The notes beneath the pieces were generated by a model that made no database searches, was not told where the DNA came from, and saw only the letters and a list, made by a program, of their open reading frames with translations. From Selaginella moellendorffii (lineage: Eukaryota; Plantae; Lycopodiophyta), in contig NW_003314344.1 of NCBI RefSeq assembly GCF_000143415.4, positions 566,336 through 630,335 on the forward strand: a stretch of 64,000 bases of DNA. The letters run 5' to 3'. Below, in pieces: positions 1 through 12,562 of this stretch (within the stretch, counting starts at the first letter, position 1; each line of letters starts with the position of its first letter). A program made the position numbers and the translations under genes.

Positions 1-340
1 GACTCCATCTCGGGTCCATCTCGGACTCGATCTCGGACTCCATCTCGGACTCCATCTCGGACTCCATATCGGACTCCGTCTCGGTCCATCTCGGACTCCA
101 TCTCGGGTCCATCTCGGACTTGATCTCGGACTCCATCTCGGACTCCATTTCGGGTCCATCTCAGACTCCATATCGGACTCCGTCTCGGTCCATCTCGGAC
201 TCCATCTCGGGTCCATCTCGGGTCCACCTCGGACTCCACTTCGGGTCCATCTCGGACTCCATCTCGGACTCCATATCGGACTCCATCTCGGACTCCACTT
301 CGGACTCCACTTCGGGTCCACCTCAGACCCCATCTCGGAC
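1..340. repeat. Tandem 12-bp minisatellite (GGACTCCATCTC-type unit)
   Basis: Many near-identical GGACTCCATCTC/GGGTCCATCTC units from the window start to ~340; the SISD-repeat ORF 120..476 is a by-product. Confidence 0.95.
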
Positions 341-573
341 ACTTCCACGTGTCATGTGTTGGTCCTTTCTGGGTCTCTTTTTGGAGCCTTGCTTATTGGT
401 TGCCTCGTGCTTGCTCCTCGAGCACTTTGTTAGGAGTTCCACTCCCGCTCTCGACCTTCCAAGTCTGAGCTTTTAGTCCAAACGTGTTATGCTCGTTTGG
501 CTTTCGCTTCGGCCACTACCACGTGGCACCCTTTCTGGCTCCACTTTGGGGCCTAGGGATTTTGTGTCTCACA
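1..573 (-). mobile_element. Probable LTR end (contains the 12-mer array) inserted in the hAT transposase
   Basis: hAT homology stops right after RWLSR at a TGTGAGACAC.. junction (573, minus strand); TG is the canonical LTR terminus. The other end is outside the window. Confidence 0.45.
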
Positions 574-1909
574 CCCTGCTCAACCAACGTGTCTGCTGGA
601 TCCGCAACACCTTCAGCACCTTGAAGTCTAGCTCGTCCTGTAGTGCCTGTAGCTGCTGCAACCTGCTAGAACTCCTTGAGAAAAAACTGGCTACCTTGTT
701 CACCACCTGATCCACTTCATCGCAAAGATTATGAACTGCTGGATTCTTGTAGACGTCCTCCACACATAAGTTAGCTCTGTGTGAAAGACAATGTGTGGAG
801 GTCATGAATGGATTGACCTCCTTCAACCTTGCTGCAACCCCTATCCTGTTTCCTGTCATAACATTGCAGCCGTCTGAACCAAACCCCACGAACCTACTCA
901 TATCCAGCCCCCAATCCTGCAATGAAGCTATGGTGGTGTTAAAAATCACCTCTGCAGAACTATTGTTCACCATTGACAAGCCTAAATAGCTTGTCAACAC
1001 CCTTGCGTCGTGGATGTAGGTCACGTAAAAGATGAGGTGTTTACTGATACTGCATTAACAAATTTAGAACCAAGAATATCACTAATCAGCTTTACCTTAT
1101 ATCCGTGCTCTCATCTAGCATTATTCCAAAGAATGGGCTAGCTTTAACTTTCTCCAAAATTTGATCTAAGAGCACCTACACAACAAAATTCAGTCAAGGT
1201 TTATCATCAGACTTTAGCTCACCTTGTTGATGAAAGTGATGAAGCGTGAGCAGGCCATCACGTTCTTGTACATGCTAGGAACATAAACTCCGTTCAACTG
1301 TTGTAGCTCCAGAAGCAATGGGTATTTGCGAAGAGGAACAAAACCTTGTGCAATAGCATAAGCAGTCCTAAACAAGCAAATAACTCCCTTCTCTGCTGCC
1401 TCTTGTTGCTGATCATTTGCAGCTGCCATGGAGGATTGACCGCCAGCTTTCACCTCAGCTATGTAAATGGAATGCTTGTGATCTTTTGTTTGCCCATGAG
1501 CATGGAAACTTGAAGTCTTCATGTTGGTGGAACCTGATGTACCAAATGGATTCTTGCAATTCTTGTTGGCACGGCATATTGAGCAGAAGATCAGTGCTGT
1601 AATGCAAGTAGGATTAGATGAAAAATCAAGAAAATTATTACCATTTTTCTGATCAAAATGCAACCACCACCATTTTATGACCTATGCAAGTTGCCACTTC
1701 CCCCTACGAATTTTCTTCTCCTTCTCCTCTACTGATGCAACATCACCTTCTCCCACTTCACATCCCTCCTCAGGTTCAGTCCCCTCTAGGTTGTCCTCAT
1801 CTACAAAACCTCCTCTCTCCACAATGGGGGCAAAACTTAACAAAGATTGCTTTGATTGAGCAATGGCTTTTGCAGCAGCCTTGCTCCTACCTGCAGGCAC
1901 CCTTCCCAT
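574..1909 (-). pseudogene. hAT transposase remnant (ZNF862/ZMYM1-like) with introns and a premature stop
   Basis: N-terminal zinc-finger-like FCSIC..H..H; FFGIMLDESTD exon (~1095-1176); GFGSDG, HCLSHRANL and RWLSR motifs; TAG at 1682 interrupts the frame. Confidence 0.85.
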
Positions 1910-2500
1910 TTCCCAGATGATCTCCCCACCAAAATCTATGTTCACGCCCATGCCCACACCCACGTGAACATTGTGAAAGAATATTCTAACCTTAGAGCCC
2001 ACGTGAACATTGTAAAAGAATATTCTAACCTTAGATTAATGACATAGTTTACTTAGTGTAACTATGTTTAGTTAGTGTTAACTAAGATTGATGATTATTT
2101 ATTTAATCTTGTTAATTAGAATTAATGAAACATAATTAACCATGAAACCCTAATCCTCAAAAGGTAGGTGAATGTATTGGCAGGATTCCTTATAACATCC
2201 TAACGTACCGGATCTAGCCTTATACGAGATTTTTTGCACCGGTCATATATCCTTGTAACTTTGTTTTGTACTGGCAATTCTGAAATGGTACCGACGGGGT
2301 ACAAAGGAGCCTCGGACTTTGTTACACACTGCATTGGAGAGAGGGCGTGTTTGAATCAGATTTGGCGACAATGGATGCCGTATTGTTTCTTCCGATTTGC
2401 TGGTTTCTTCCTATTTGCTCAAAGCCCGAGAGAAAACTTAATTAAGCATTGATTCCTGTGGCTTCTATTTGTCCATCTTCAGTGAGAGAGAGGCACAGCT

Positions 2501-3973
2501 ATGGAGAATTCGGGGAAAATTTCCGGTCGCCATGTCCTTCTCCTTACCTCTCGCGGCAAAGGCCACATTAGTCCAGCCATGACGCTCGCTAAGAAGCTAG
2601 CTTCCATGGGATTATCCATCACTCTGGTGCTTCCAGACGCGGCCTCTTTCTCGCTGGTGGCTTCCACGGATTTCCAAGGGCTGCCCATCACTCTAACCAA
2701 GCTTCCACTCCAAGATCACGGCCAAGAGCAGCAAGATCAACAGGGCTGTATGATGGAGGGACTTCGTGTTGCGGTTCGAAGCGGGTATGAGTGGCCCAGT
2801 GACTTCTCGCTGCAGAAGATCGCTCTCGCGGCCCTGCTCGAGGAACTTAAGGTGAGTTCGTCGCCCCCTTGCTGCGTGATCGTCGACTTGCTTCTCAACT
2901 GGAGCGAGGAACCGCTAGTGAAGAGTGGTCTCCCCAGATTCATCCTCTACACGGCCGGACCCAGCTTCTTCGCTCTCACGATCCACGCGAGATCTCTCTA
3001 CAGGAAGAAACTCCTCCCAGTCAAATTTCCGGGATTCGAGACCATGAAGGTGGAAGGATTGCTTCCCTTGTATCGGAGAGACGTCCACGACGCCATCACC
3101 GATGATTCTCACTGCTTGTATCCCATTCATATGGGATTCAACGAGCACATCTTCTCCTCGGATGGAATCCTCTTCAACAGCTTTACGGAACTGGAGCCCG
3201 AGATCTTCAAGGCACTCGCTGAGAGTTTCGAGGAGATCAAGCACCACGAGCTTCTTCCAATCGGCCCGCTCTTCCCATCGAAGTACTTCACTCCAGACGC
3301 ACTGAACGCCACCAAGGAATCCTCGGTGTTGAGGAGCTCCGAGGAAGAAAGGTGCCAGAGCTGGCTCGACGAGCAGCCTGTGGAGTCTGTGCTCTACGTC
3401 TCGTTTGGAAGCTGGGCGCTCTTGACTCCACGGCAAATCTGCGAGCTCGCTCTCGGGCTGGAGGCCAGCCAGCAGCGATTCCTCTGGGTGGTGCCCGTGG
3501 AGAACAAGTCGATCGAGGAGCTCGAGGCTCTACTTCCAGAGGGATTTCTAAAACGCACCGAGGAGCGGGGCCTCGTGCTGCCCGGCTGGGCACCGCAGCA
3601 TCTCATACTCGCTCACTCGTCGCTGGGAGGATTTCTCACGCACTGCGGCTGGAACTCGACGCTGGAAGTTATAACTCTGGCTGGAGTGCCGGTGATCGGC
3701 TGGCCTTTCCTCGCCGATCAGCCCCCCATCTGCAGATATCTGGTCGATGGCCTCGGCATTGGAGCTGAAGTTCTTGGCGACGACGATGGATTCGTGGATC
3801 GCGACGAGGTGGAACGAGGTGTGAGGGAAATCATGGAGAGTCCTCGGGCGGAAGGGATGAAGAGCCGAGCCAAGGAGCTCCAAGCCAAGGCGAGGAGAGC
3901 TGTTGCTCAGGGTGGAAGCTCTCAGAAGAATCTCGAGGCATTTGTCGCGAGAATCAAGTCACTGCTGGTTTGA
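2501..3973 (+). CDS. Family-1 UDP-glycosyltransferase (single exon)
   Basis: N-terminal GHISP with catalytic His; PSPG box WAPQHLILAHSSLGGFLTHCGWNS...WPFLADQ; C-terminal GGSS. Confidence 0.96.
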   Translation: MENSGKISGRHVLLLTSRGKGHISPAMTLAKKLASMGLSITLVLPDAASFSLVASTDFQGLPITLTKLPLQDHGQEQQDQQGCMMEGLRVAVRSGYEWPSDFSLQKIALAALLEELKVSSSPPCCVIVDLLLNWSEEPLVKSGLPRFILYTAGPSFFALTIHARSLYRKKLLPVKFPGFETMKVEGLLPLYRRDVHDAITDDSHCLYPIHMGFNEHIFSSDGILFNSFTELEPEIFKALAESFEEIKHHELLPIGPLFPSKYFTPDALNATKESSVLRSSEEERCQSWLDEQPVESVLYVSFGSWALLTPRQICELALGLEASQQRFLWVVPVENKSIEELEALLPEGFLKRTEERGLVLPGWAPQHLILAHSSLGGFLTHCGWNSTLEVITLAGVPVIGWPFLADQPPICRYLVDGLGIGAEVLGDDDGFVDRDEVERGVREIMESPRAEGMKSRAKELQAKARRAVAQGGSSQKNLEAFVARIKSLLV

Positions 3974-4057
3974 CAATCTAGGGCCGGAAGAACCCTAGAG
4001 TTTAAATAGCATATTCGTTACAAACTAGATTTAGGGCTTTGGAGGAGAAGCGGGGTC

Positions 4058-5155
4058 ATGTCGGCAGCAGATCCATTCTACCTGGTGAAGGAGGAGATCG
4101 ATGAATCGGTGAGTCTCCCCATCGAATCTGCCACTCAATCTCGCTCGCTCGCCTCGAATTTCCACAGGTGAAGAAAGTGGAGGGCAATTTCGAGACATGG
4201 GAGAAGCAGGGCACGGGGGCGAGCGAGAGGGCGTCGTTGAAGCGAGATCTTCTTGCGGGCATCGAGAGCGTGGAATGGCAGGTACTGTAGGAGCAATTTG
4301 AGATTCGAGACTATCGAGCTTTGGCTATGCAGATCTTTGTCTGAGCTGAGGAGCACTGTTTTGGATTGTCAAGGTGAACGAGCTGGATAAGGCCATCGCC
4401 GTGGCCGAGCGGGATCCATCGCGGTTTGGGATCGATGCTGCCGAGATTGGACGACGAAGGAAATGGTCCACTGCTACACATGACACGGTATTTTTTTTCT
4501 TTCGTGTTCTTCTTCCTAGAAGACAATGTGGTTTTTTGTTCTTTCCAGATTGATACTATCAGGAAAGCTTTGCATGACGGAAGAACAAGCAATGCCAGTT
4601 CCACACGACGAGAGCTCATGAGAATGGAAGATGATCGTCCTGGTCCAAAGGCCAACCGGAGTTTGATGGAAGGCAACGATGATTTCCTTTCCCTGGAGAG
4701 TGAGCGTCAGGCGTTAATTCTCAAGTGAGTTTCCACTGGCCGAAAGCTCTTTCTTGATTGGAAGTTTTCTTTGTTTGTCTGCAGGGATCAAGACGAAGAT
4801 CTGGACGAGATCAGTGCTAGCGTTGTGAGAATTGGCGACGTGGGACTGACCATTCACGAGGAACTCTCAGGCCAGGTAATGGATCTTTTCTCGGCTCCTC
4901 ATGAACATCCTTTCTCTTTGTACCAGGAAAAGATTGTGAGCGATCTTGACAAAGACATGGACGGGACAGCAAATAGAATGGAGTTAGCTCAGGTAAATGT
5001 CTTTACAAAACACTAGCGAGTCTAAACCCCCACGGTGTCTGTAGAAACGACTTGCGCACGTACTGAAAAAGGCCGGACTGAAAGGTCAGCTGTGCTTGAT
5101 TGCTGCTCTAGTCATCCTGCTTATGATTCTTACGCTTCTCGTTTTTTTCACATAA
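4058..5155 (+). CDS. SYP61: Syntaxin-6-type Qc-SNARE (multi-exon)
   Basis: Starts MSAADPFYLVKEEI; later exons SVEWQV, DQDEDLDEISASVVRIGDVGLTIHEEL; C-terminal TM ending LLVFFT-stop; short GT-AG introns. Confidence 0.9.
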
Positions 5156-6394
5156 GAAATTAAGTTAGAAGTATTGATGTTGCGCAAGCTGTGTGATTTC
5201 ACACTTCAATTGTGAAGAGCTCTGAGGATAAATTCAATGTACTCCATAGCTTCAAGAAGCTGGGATGAACAAGATAAAAAAAGAGTATGGAAGATCAAAA
5301 GAAAATATGCAATGAAAAACTTGGTGCCGTTCTTGGGTTTAATCTAAGCTTTAAGGGCTGTGGCTTAATGCAAAACTACAACATGATTTATAGGCCAGAA
5401 CATTAAGGCAAGGATATCCAAGCAATTAGGGAATCTTGGGCTTGAAGGCAAAAGTTTGAAATTCAGGGGTAAACCAGGACTCACCCTTTGACCATGTGTA
5501 TTGGCTCTTAAGAAGAAGTTTACACCTCCCTTAGAGAGGAGAGAGTGTTATAGTGAAGAATCTCTTTAAGCTTATGATTGGCTATGGGAACATGATGTTC
5601 TCAAGCTTTCAGTAGTCAATATAAATGTGTTTGCAAGTCCCTCGAGTGTTTGGTTTTCATTGAGTGCTTTGGCTAGCTTAAAAGGGCATCTTGCAATGGT
5701 TTATGATCAGCTGTGGAAACACAGTGATCTTGAGCATAGAAGTTCTAAAGGTTTCAAGTAAGGTGTATTACAGAGTTTTTAAGCCTAAACTTGTAATATA
5801 TTAAAAATATTCTAGGATATTTTTCAATCATTGGAATCAAGGCTTAATGCTAATAATCCATTTCTTAATATTTGAAGCAAACACTAAAGAATAACTTTGG
5901 AGGACAATTGATTGATGTGGCATGGAGTGTGCTATCGCAAGGTTTGTTCTTCGCAAGCTGTAACCATGATTCAATAGGAACAGATGAGCTGCTATTTTAA
6001 GCAGCTCGCAGAAGAACTCCTCTGCCAAGGTACATCTCGATTGAAGAAAAAGAACAAGTGTTTGCTGGAATAAACAGGATGTTTGAGAGAAGAAACCAAG
6101 AAAAGAACCACATGCTATTTCGGCTCCAACAAGCTGTAGATGCAAGTGAGCAGCACACAACAATCTAGCAGGGGCATCCGTGCAGTTTGTAATGTTAGCG
6201 ATTGAGCCTTTGCCTCAACCTGGAAGAAGAAGAGAGAGGAAATGGCTAAGAAGAAAAATCTTTGTGAGTAGCTATAACTTTATCTCTCTTGTTTTTTTCC
6301 TGTAAATTTATTTACGAAAAAAGTGTCAGAATTTCTAGACCACTCTTGTTTTTTTACCCTGTCAATTTTATTTACGAAAAAAACGTCAGAATTT

Positions 6395-7366
6395 CTAGAC
6401 AACATCCTTCACTCCTACAACCATCTTATTTTGCTGGAACCATTCTATGAATGAGCTCATACCAGTCTCAAATGGAGTATACGATTTAAGGAGCAAGAGC
6501 TTTGTTGGAGGTTCATAAGGTACCTCCCAGGGTGGCGGATTAAAATTCATTGCTTCTTCAACCTTAGCTTCCTTGTTGGTAAGCCTTGCAATAACTTGAA
6601 TCACTCGTCGAAAAGGGATAGGCCGCCATGGTGTCCCAATGTCAAAAAGATTCACCTTTCCAATGCTGTGAGTTGATAAGATACTATTGATCATAACAGT
6701 CACTGCATCATTAATGTATATATAATTTTGTCGCCCTTTCCGTTGCTTCCAGAGTGGAACCAATGCCCCATGCACAATCTGATCAACAAATTTATAGTAT
6801 GGAAAGTCAGGACGACCGTATCTCCCATAAACTGTACTAAACCTCCACTCCACAATTGGAAATGGTAGCTCTGGTGCCAAAGATTCCACCAGCTTTTCCC
6901 CGGACCGGCTTGATGGTATGTAGAACCGATTAGGGCTTGCAAAAAAGAAACCTTGTGTTGATGGAATACTGCATGCCGCATCAATCAATGACTTTATAGT
7001 TCTTTCATTGTCCTCTAAATTCCAGCTATGCTCCTGTTGTGTAAAATCCACCACAATGTTTGGCTTTTTACTTTTCGTCACTGCCATGGCCAGCTTTGGA
7101 TATGTTGCACTTCCAATAATCACTTCAATGCCCTTGTTCTCCAGAAGAAGAGTCCTCTCTGAACGCACCAAATCCAAACCTGTCACCACAAATCGGAGGT
7201 TACGATGATTGTGTGCCGCCAATCCCAAAGCAAGTTGGCTACCAAGGAAACCACTTGCACCCACAATCAAAACCCGAAGTTCCTTCTTCTTTTTCAGCTG
7301 GAAGATTGCCCATCCAATTAGCAAAAGTGCGAAAACAATGAGCAATAGAAAAGAGATGATAGACAT
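6395..7366 (-). CDS. Membrane-anchored NAD-dependent epimerase/SDR, UDP-glucuronate 4-epimerase (GAE)-like, divergent (copy 1)
   Basis: N-terminal TM anchor, GASGFLG Rossmann motif, RFSTVYGRYGRPDFPYY and NYIYIND resembling GAE motifs. Confidence 0.85.
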   Translation of the reverse strand: MSIISFLLLIVFALLLIGWAIFQLKKKKELRVLIVGASGFLGSQLALGLAAHNHRNLRFVVTGLDLVRSERTLLLENKGIEVIIGSATYPKLAMAVTKSKKPNIVVDFTQQEHSWNLEDNERTIKSLIDAACSIPSTQGFFFASPNRFYIPSSRSGEKLVESLAPELPFPIVEWRFSTVYGRYGRPDFPYYKFVDQIVHGALVPLWKQRKGRQNYIYINDAVTVMINSILSTHSIGKVNLFDIGTPWRPIPFRRVIQVIARLTNKEAKVEEAMNFNPPPWEVPYEPPTKLLLLKSYTPFETGMSSFIEWFQQNKMVVGVKDVV

Positions 7367-7899
7367 AATCTTTCTTGAACCCTAAACTAGGGTGAGAGAC
7401 AAGATAAGCTTTACTTTTGTAACAAAAAACATGAGGCTAGACAGCGTGCTAGCGCTTGACGTCGTCATGGTCGGGATGCTAATAGCCGGTCAAGCAGGCC
7501 AAGCTTAGCCGGTTGAGTGTTGGGGCCACTGCAACCCTCTGACAGAAATATCTTCTTGTTAGAGGTACAGTTTTGCCTCTCAGGTAGCACCTATCCAACA
7601 TAGACTCCTTCAGGGCCCGAGCTTGGACTTCTCAACTGCCCCCGGGGACAAAGCTAGGAGATTTCTCTCACACACTGACAGCATTACCACGTTGGCATCT
7701 GAGGCGGTTCAAAAGCCGAGAGGCTTGCATTCCAAGTTGTCGAGCTTGGATTCATCCAAATTTATATGCAGCAAGCACCACGACAGTGTCTCTTTCAAGC
7801 ATGGTCATAAAACATCTCCAAGGTTCCTGGATTGAGATCAAGTTTCTGTGGCAGTGAGTCAAACAAAATCTTAGGTTTGTGTAAATGCCTGGTCATTGT

Positions 7900-8340
7900 A
7901 TATCGATCAAGCATCGTGTTCCAACGAGATCTCTCTTTGGCATTGAGTCATACACTGACACTAAGATTTGCATGTTTAATGTAAGCGCTTAACATAGACC
8001 ACAAGAGATGAGCCAGACTTGTCTCATATACCAGTTCTGCAAGCGTCTCTGGCAAACAATTCAACACAAACTTGGCCTCCTCAACATGCCCATTTCCGTG
8101 GCACTCGGATGCCCGGGCATAAGGCGATACCATCGTTGTCCACCACAAGATCTGGATTGGAAATCTGGAAGAAGAAGTGCCTGGAGTTTCCAGACCCCGC
8201 GGGTGGAAGGAACACCCGATCGCCCTTCACGCATTCCTATGTCCACACAAATGAATCGTTTGGGTCCGCACTCTGCCAAGCTCCCACACCGTCCATACAT
8301 TGGAGCTCATCCATGATTGTCAGCCTCGGGAAGTGCTCCA
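7900..8340 (-). pseudogene. PLS-PPR pseudogene fragment
   Basis: MYGRCGSL.., NGHVEEAKFV.., WSMLSAY resemble the start of the PPR at 56547; multiple frameshifts. Confidence 0.8.
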
Positions 8341-8539
8341 AGCATAGCATTTTCTCAGTCAAAATCAACCAAAATTCAAGTATATTCATTAGGATGAGCT
8401 TCATCTTGAGCAAATGCGCAGCATCGCCTTCACTCACCCATCCCGCTCCAGATGCTAGCAGCATCATTACAGATTTTCAGTGCTATCATTGGCAGCGACA
8501 TTCTTACAGTCTCGTAAAAGCTAATAGGCTCAAGGGAAT

Positions 8540-11500
8540 ATACCAATCTTCATGTATCATCTTGACACTATAAACCAATATGTGTCCAAGGATAATATCA
8601 AATGGATCCAATTTTATATCATTGTGTTTTTCCTGTGTTTGATAGTAATCATGTTTTCTATATTGCTGAGAATTTTTAAATAATGTGAAATTTATAAATG
8701 TATGTTTGTGAATTCTAATCATAACTCATTTCTTCACTTTGTAAGTATCATTTATCCATTCTAAAGACTGGTTGTGAGCATGAAATTCCAAAAGCACTCA
8801 AAGGCACTCATACAACTTTAATAGTGTTTCAAACCTATATCCTCTATTTTGAGTTTAAGTTATTCGTAATGTTTGTTTGACTAAATATAGCTCAAGGCTT
8901 TACATATGTTATCCCCTACTAAACTATATCAAAAAATATTTATTTGCACTTAATTCTCTCTAGAGCATAATAAGGATGAAAATTTAATTGTTTGTCCACA
9001 CACCCCACATGACATTGTACTACTTTGTCAAGTCATGCATATGCAATAAAAATCCTTAACACTTGAAATGACAAAAAAATGCTCTTTGTCATTTTTTTTA
9101 TAACCAATTAATGTAAATAGACTATATATCTCAAAAAGGATCTTGGACCCAAGAGTATATATTATATTTCAATTGGGAATTCTTGTTAAATTATATATAC
9201 CTTTTGTAGTCACTAGCTTGTGAACTAACATTGATTCATTAGCAAATATTAGGCAATTTTCGTATATTAATATAGATTTTTACTGTGCATTTCCAGTGTG
9301 TACTGCTCTAGTAAAGTTAACAAATGTGGGCTCTAGTAATATAGACTCTAATAAGTATTGTGTTATTGCAGATTGTTGTGTTTCTTTTATGACACTAGAG
9401 TTTTAGAAAAAATTTTGAACTCCATCTTTTTTAAGTCCATCTTTATATAGTATGTCAACTTCATTTGTCAATATTATCTCCTCATCAATTTTCATTTCCT
9501 CAATATGCATAGTCTCTTTAAATTTAGTTAAAACTCCATTTGTAAACATTAATTCCTTCCACTATGCGCTATGGTCTCTACAACATTTTTGGTATGTAAT
9601 AAATCCTTTAGTAACTCAAATTGTAAATACTACTTTCTCAACTAATACATTAGCAATAACTCTTTTTTGTAAACACCATCTCCTTGACCACTATATTGAC
9701 AATAGCCCCACTTATGAACACTATCTCCTCAACCACCATATTAATAACAACCCCACTTCTGAATACTGTTTTCTCAATTAAAACATTGCATCAGTAGCTT
9801 GAATTTATCTTCTACTAATAAGGTAGTTGTGAACACTATTTCTTCCACTAAGATAATTTTGTCAATCATCATAGCATTTTGAATTTTTTATGGACTGTCT
9901 TTTTGGGATAGACAACTGTTGGATTGATGTTATTATTTTTAGCCATTGAATGGTGAAGATACTATTTAAATAATATATTATTTAGAACACAATATTACAT
10001 ATCAATTATTCTTCTATTTGCATTATCCAGTTATGGTATGTTACCTAGTTCCCTTGGTCTCATATTATTTATATAAAAAAAAATTATTACATGTTTTATT
10101 CTTCTACATACCAATTGTTCTTATCTACATCATGGTTTGGTACTTTTATTATAAGGTGGGTTGTTTAATGTCTCATCATGTTTATCAATGTTTATTTGAG
10201 TTGTGCTACCAAATAGCTTGTGTACTATGAAAAAGATGGGAGATACAAGAATGTATTATAGGAATCAAGTTTGGCATGAAGCCATATGCCAAAAAAACTA
10301 AAAATGCATTTAAACATACTTTTTATAAAAATATATAGAATCGTATTTTTTTTGAGAGCATATGTTATAAAAATAAAATGTAACCCCTGTAACAATTAAT
10401 ACACATACATAGAAAATATTGGTTTTGGCATGTGAACATATGGTAAAAGAAAACTTCTTTATGATAGTGTGGGATATTTTCCAAAAATATTGGCATGACC
10501 CTCAATAAGTCAAAATCTCATGCTTGGATTAAAAATAAAAATAAAATAATTTTTTTTAGTAAACCTAGAAACAAAAGACAAATCATGTAGGAAATTAAAT
10601 ATAAGATGCCACACCCAAAGCTAACTGCACAAATTGAAACTTCATTTAATCAAACACAAGAATGGCAATGGAAAGAGCTTTTAGCATATTAAATCAACAT
10701 AATTTTTCTTTGTATTATAATTAAAGATGATTATTTTGTTGCTTTTTGTTAGGTTTTAGATTCTCTTGAAACGAAATGATTCAAGACTTGACAATATCAA
10801 AAATCACATCACTGTATGTTGTATCTTATACAATATGTGCATAACTCATAAATAGATTTGATCTTTCATGGATTGATCAAGCTAAGAAGAAGCTAATAAG
10901 ATTAATTCAATTTGAGAAGGAAGCATCAGAACACATTCAGTCACTTAAAGCACAAGGTGTCAAATAAATCAGTTGTACAACAGTATATAGACTATATCAA
11001 ATTAAAGTAGAAAATGTAAATGCTAGAGATGAATTACAACGTGTATTAGATGGCTTTGATCAACTTAAAGCTAGTGGAATTTGATTGAAAATAGAAGCAC
11101 AGAAAAATGTCAAACATTGTGATTGTCAAGCACAAACATTATTCCAAATTTGAGCAAAACAACTCGTCCATGATCAATCTCTATAAGAGATTGATTCTTC
11201 AGAAGATGAAGATTAAATTATCTTGCTAGTACAAAATAAAAATTAAAAAAATCAAATAAAACATCTCAAAGTTAGTTCACAAAAGTATCAAAGAACACTT
11301 ACATGCCTTTCATAACTTAAATTGACTATTCCATGTAATTGATAGTCTTTTCTCTAGTGTTCTTGATAACCTTGATCAATGAATCCTCACCATCATCTTC
11401 TTTCTTCACTTTCTTGTGTTGAGTATTTGGTCCTTTAGTGTTGTCCATTTTTGTGTGATTAGTAACAATAATAGTATAAGTAGTAGTACTCTACTCCACA

Positions 11501-12300
11501 TTCACCACCTCTAATGGTTCTTTAAAAAATCCAGCATGAACAACTTTCTTTATTTAAGGTTTTTTTGAGAATTTAGCATGATAAAACTTGCATTTCTTAG
11601 ACATGTAATATTTTGAAAAGAAAAAATAAATGAAAGAGATATTATCAAAGGGAAAACAATTACCTATCATTTCCAAAGATATTGTTGTAAGCTTTATCCT
11701 CCATATAATCTTTCCACATTTTCTTCCACTTATTCCTACAAATTATGAAGTCCTTGTCAAAGTCTAGACAAACACTCATAAGTCTAGCAAGTAATTTGCC
11801 CCAAATATCTACTCCCTGCTTTGGAGGTTTTTTGAATTCATCTTCCATCTCAAATTTGATGTAATGTAATTGTTCTATCTCAAATTCAATGTAGATTAAC
11901 TGTAACACCCAATGGTCCTTCCACTTAACCCATTTCCCTTTTTCATCCTTCACTTTTTCTACTTTCACCTCTTGTTACACCATATTATTTTCCTTCTTTG
12001 CTCGACTTGGAATTGATTAGTTTAGATTTTGAAAATTTAGAGTTAAATGGTTTAAAGTTTGAAAGTTTAGAGTTGAAATGGTTACAATGGTTTGTGGTGG
12101 TATGAGAAGAGTATTTGATAAGGCTGTAAAAAGGCATTTAACACAAAATGAAGAAGAAATACAAAGGGAAAATAATACTTGATTGAATGGCTTAAGATGA
12201 AGTTGGAATAAAGGATAAAATATACCTTTTGGTGGCCATTCCATAAGAACTTGATCCTCTTGAGATTTAACCCTAGTGTCATGTCACTAGTAATCTCTAG
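8540..12300. mobile_element. Decayed AT-rich multi-ORF element, probably a DNA transposon; boundaries approximate
   Basis: Sharp AT-rich, CpG-poor block; Myb/SANT-trihelix-like remnant 11660-11968 (W..L....CRNKWKKMWKDY); stop-riddled coding-like stretches; degenerate TGGCATG palindromes at 10272 and 10426. Confidence 0.55.
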
Positions 12301-12562
12301 AGGAATACATCAAGAAGTACCTTCAATTGTATAATAGACATATGGACTAACTGCCTCAAAGCTTGACCTTAAACTTAACCTTAATGAACTATTGACCTTA
12401 AATGATGTAAGATGGTGGTGACTTGCCTGATTCCACTCTGGTCACTCTTGCGCTTGCTCTAGGACAAGTAGTACGGCTGGAGATAATCAATTGTCCAACT
12501 CATTAAGTAAAAATTTATTTACTTTTAGTGTAGTTTAGTATAAATGATTTATTGTTTATCCT

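Noticed and set aside
120-476. SISD-repeat ORF
   Set aside because: Translation of the 12-bp minisatellite.
5200-6280. Coding-like remnants here and at 7430-7870, 53060-53560 and 58860-59400
   Set aside because: Stop-ridden and no recognisable motif by eye; left unannotated.
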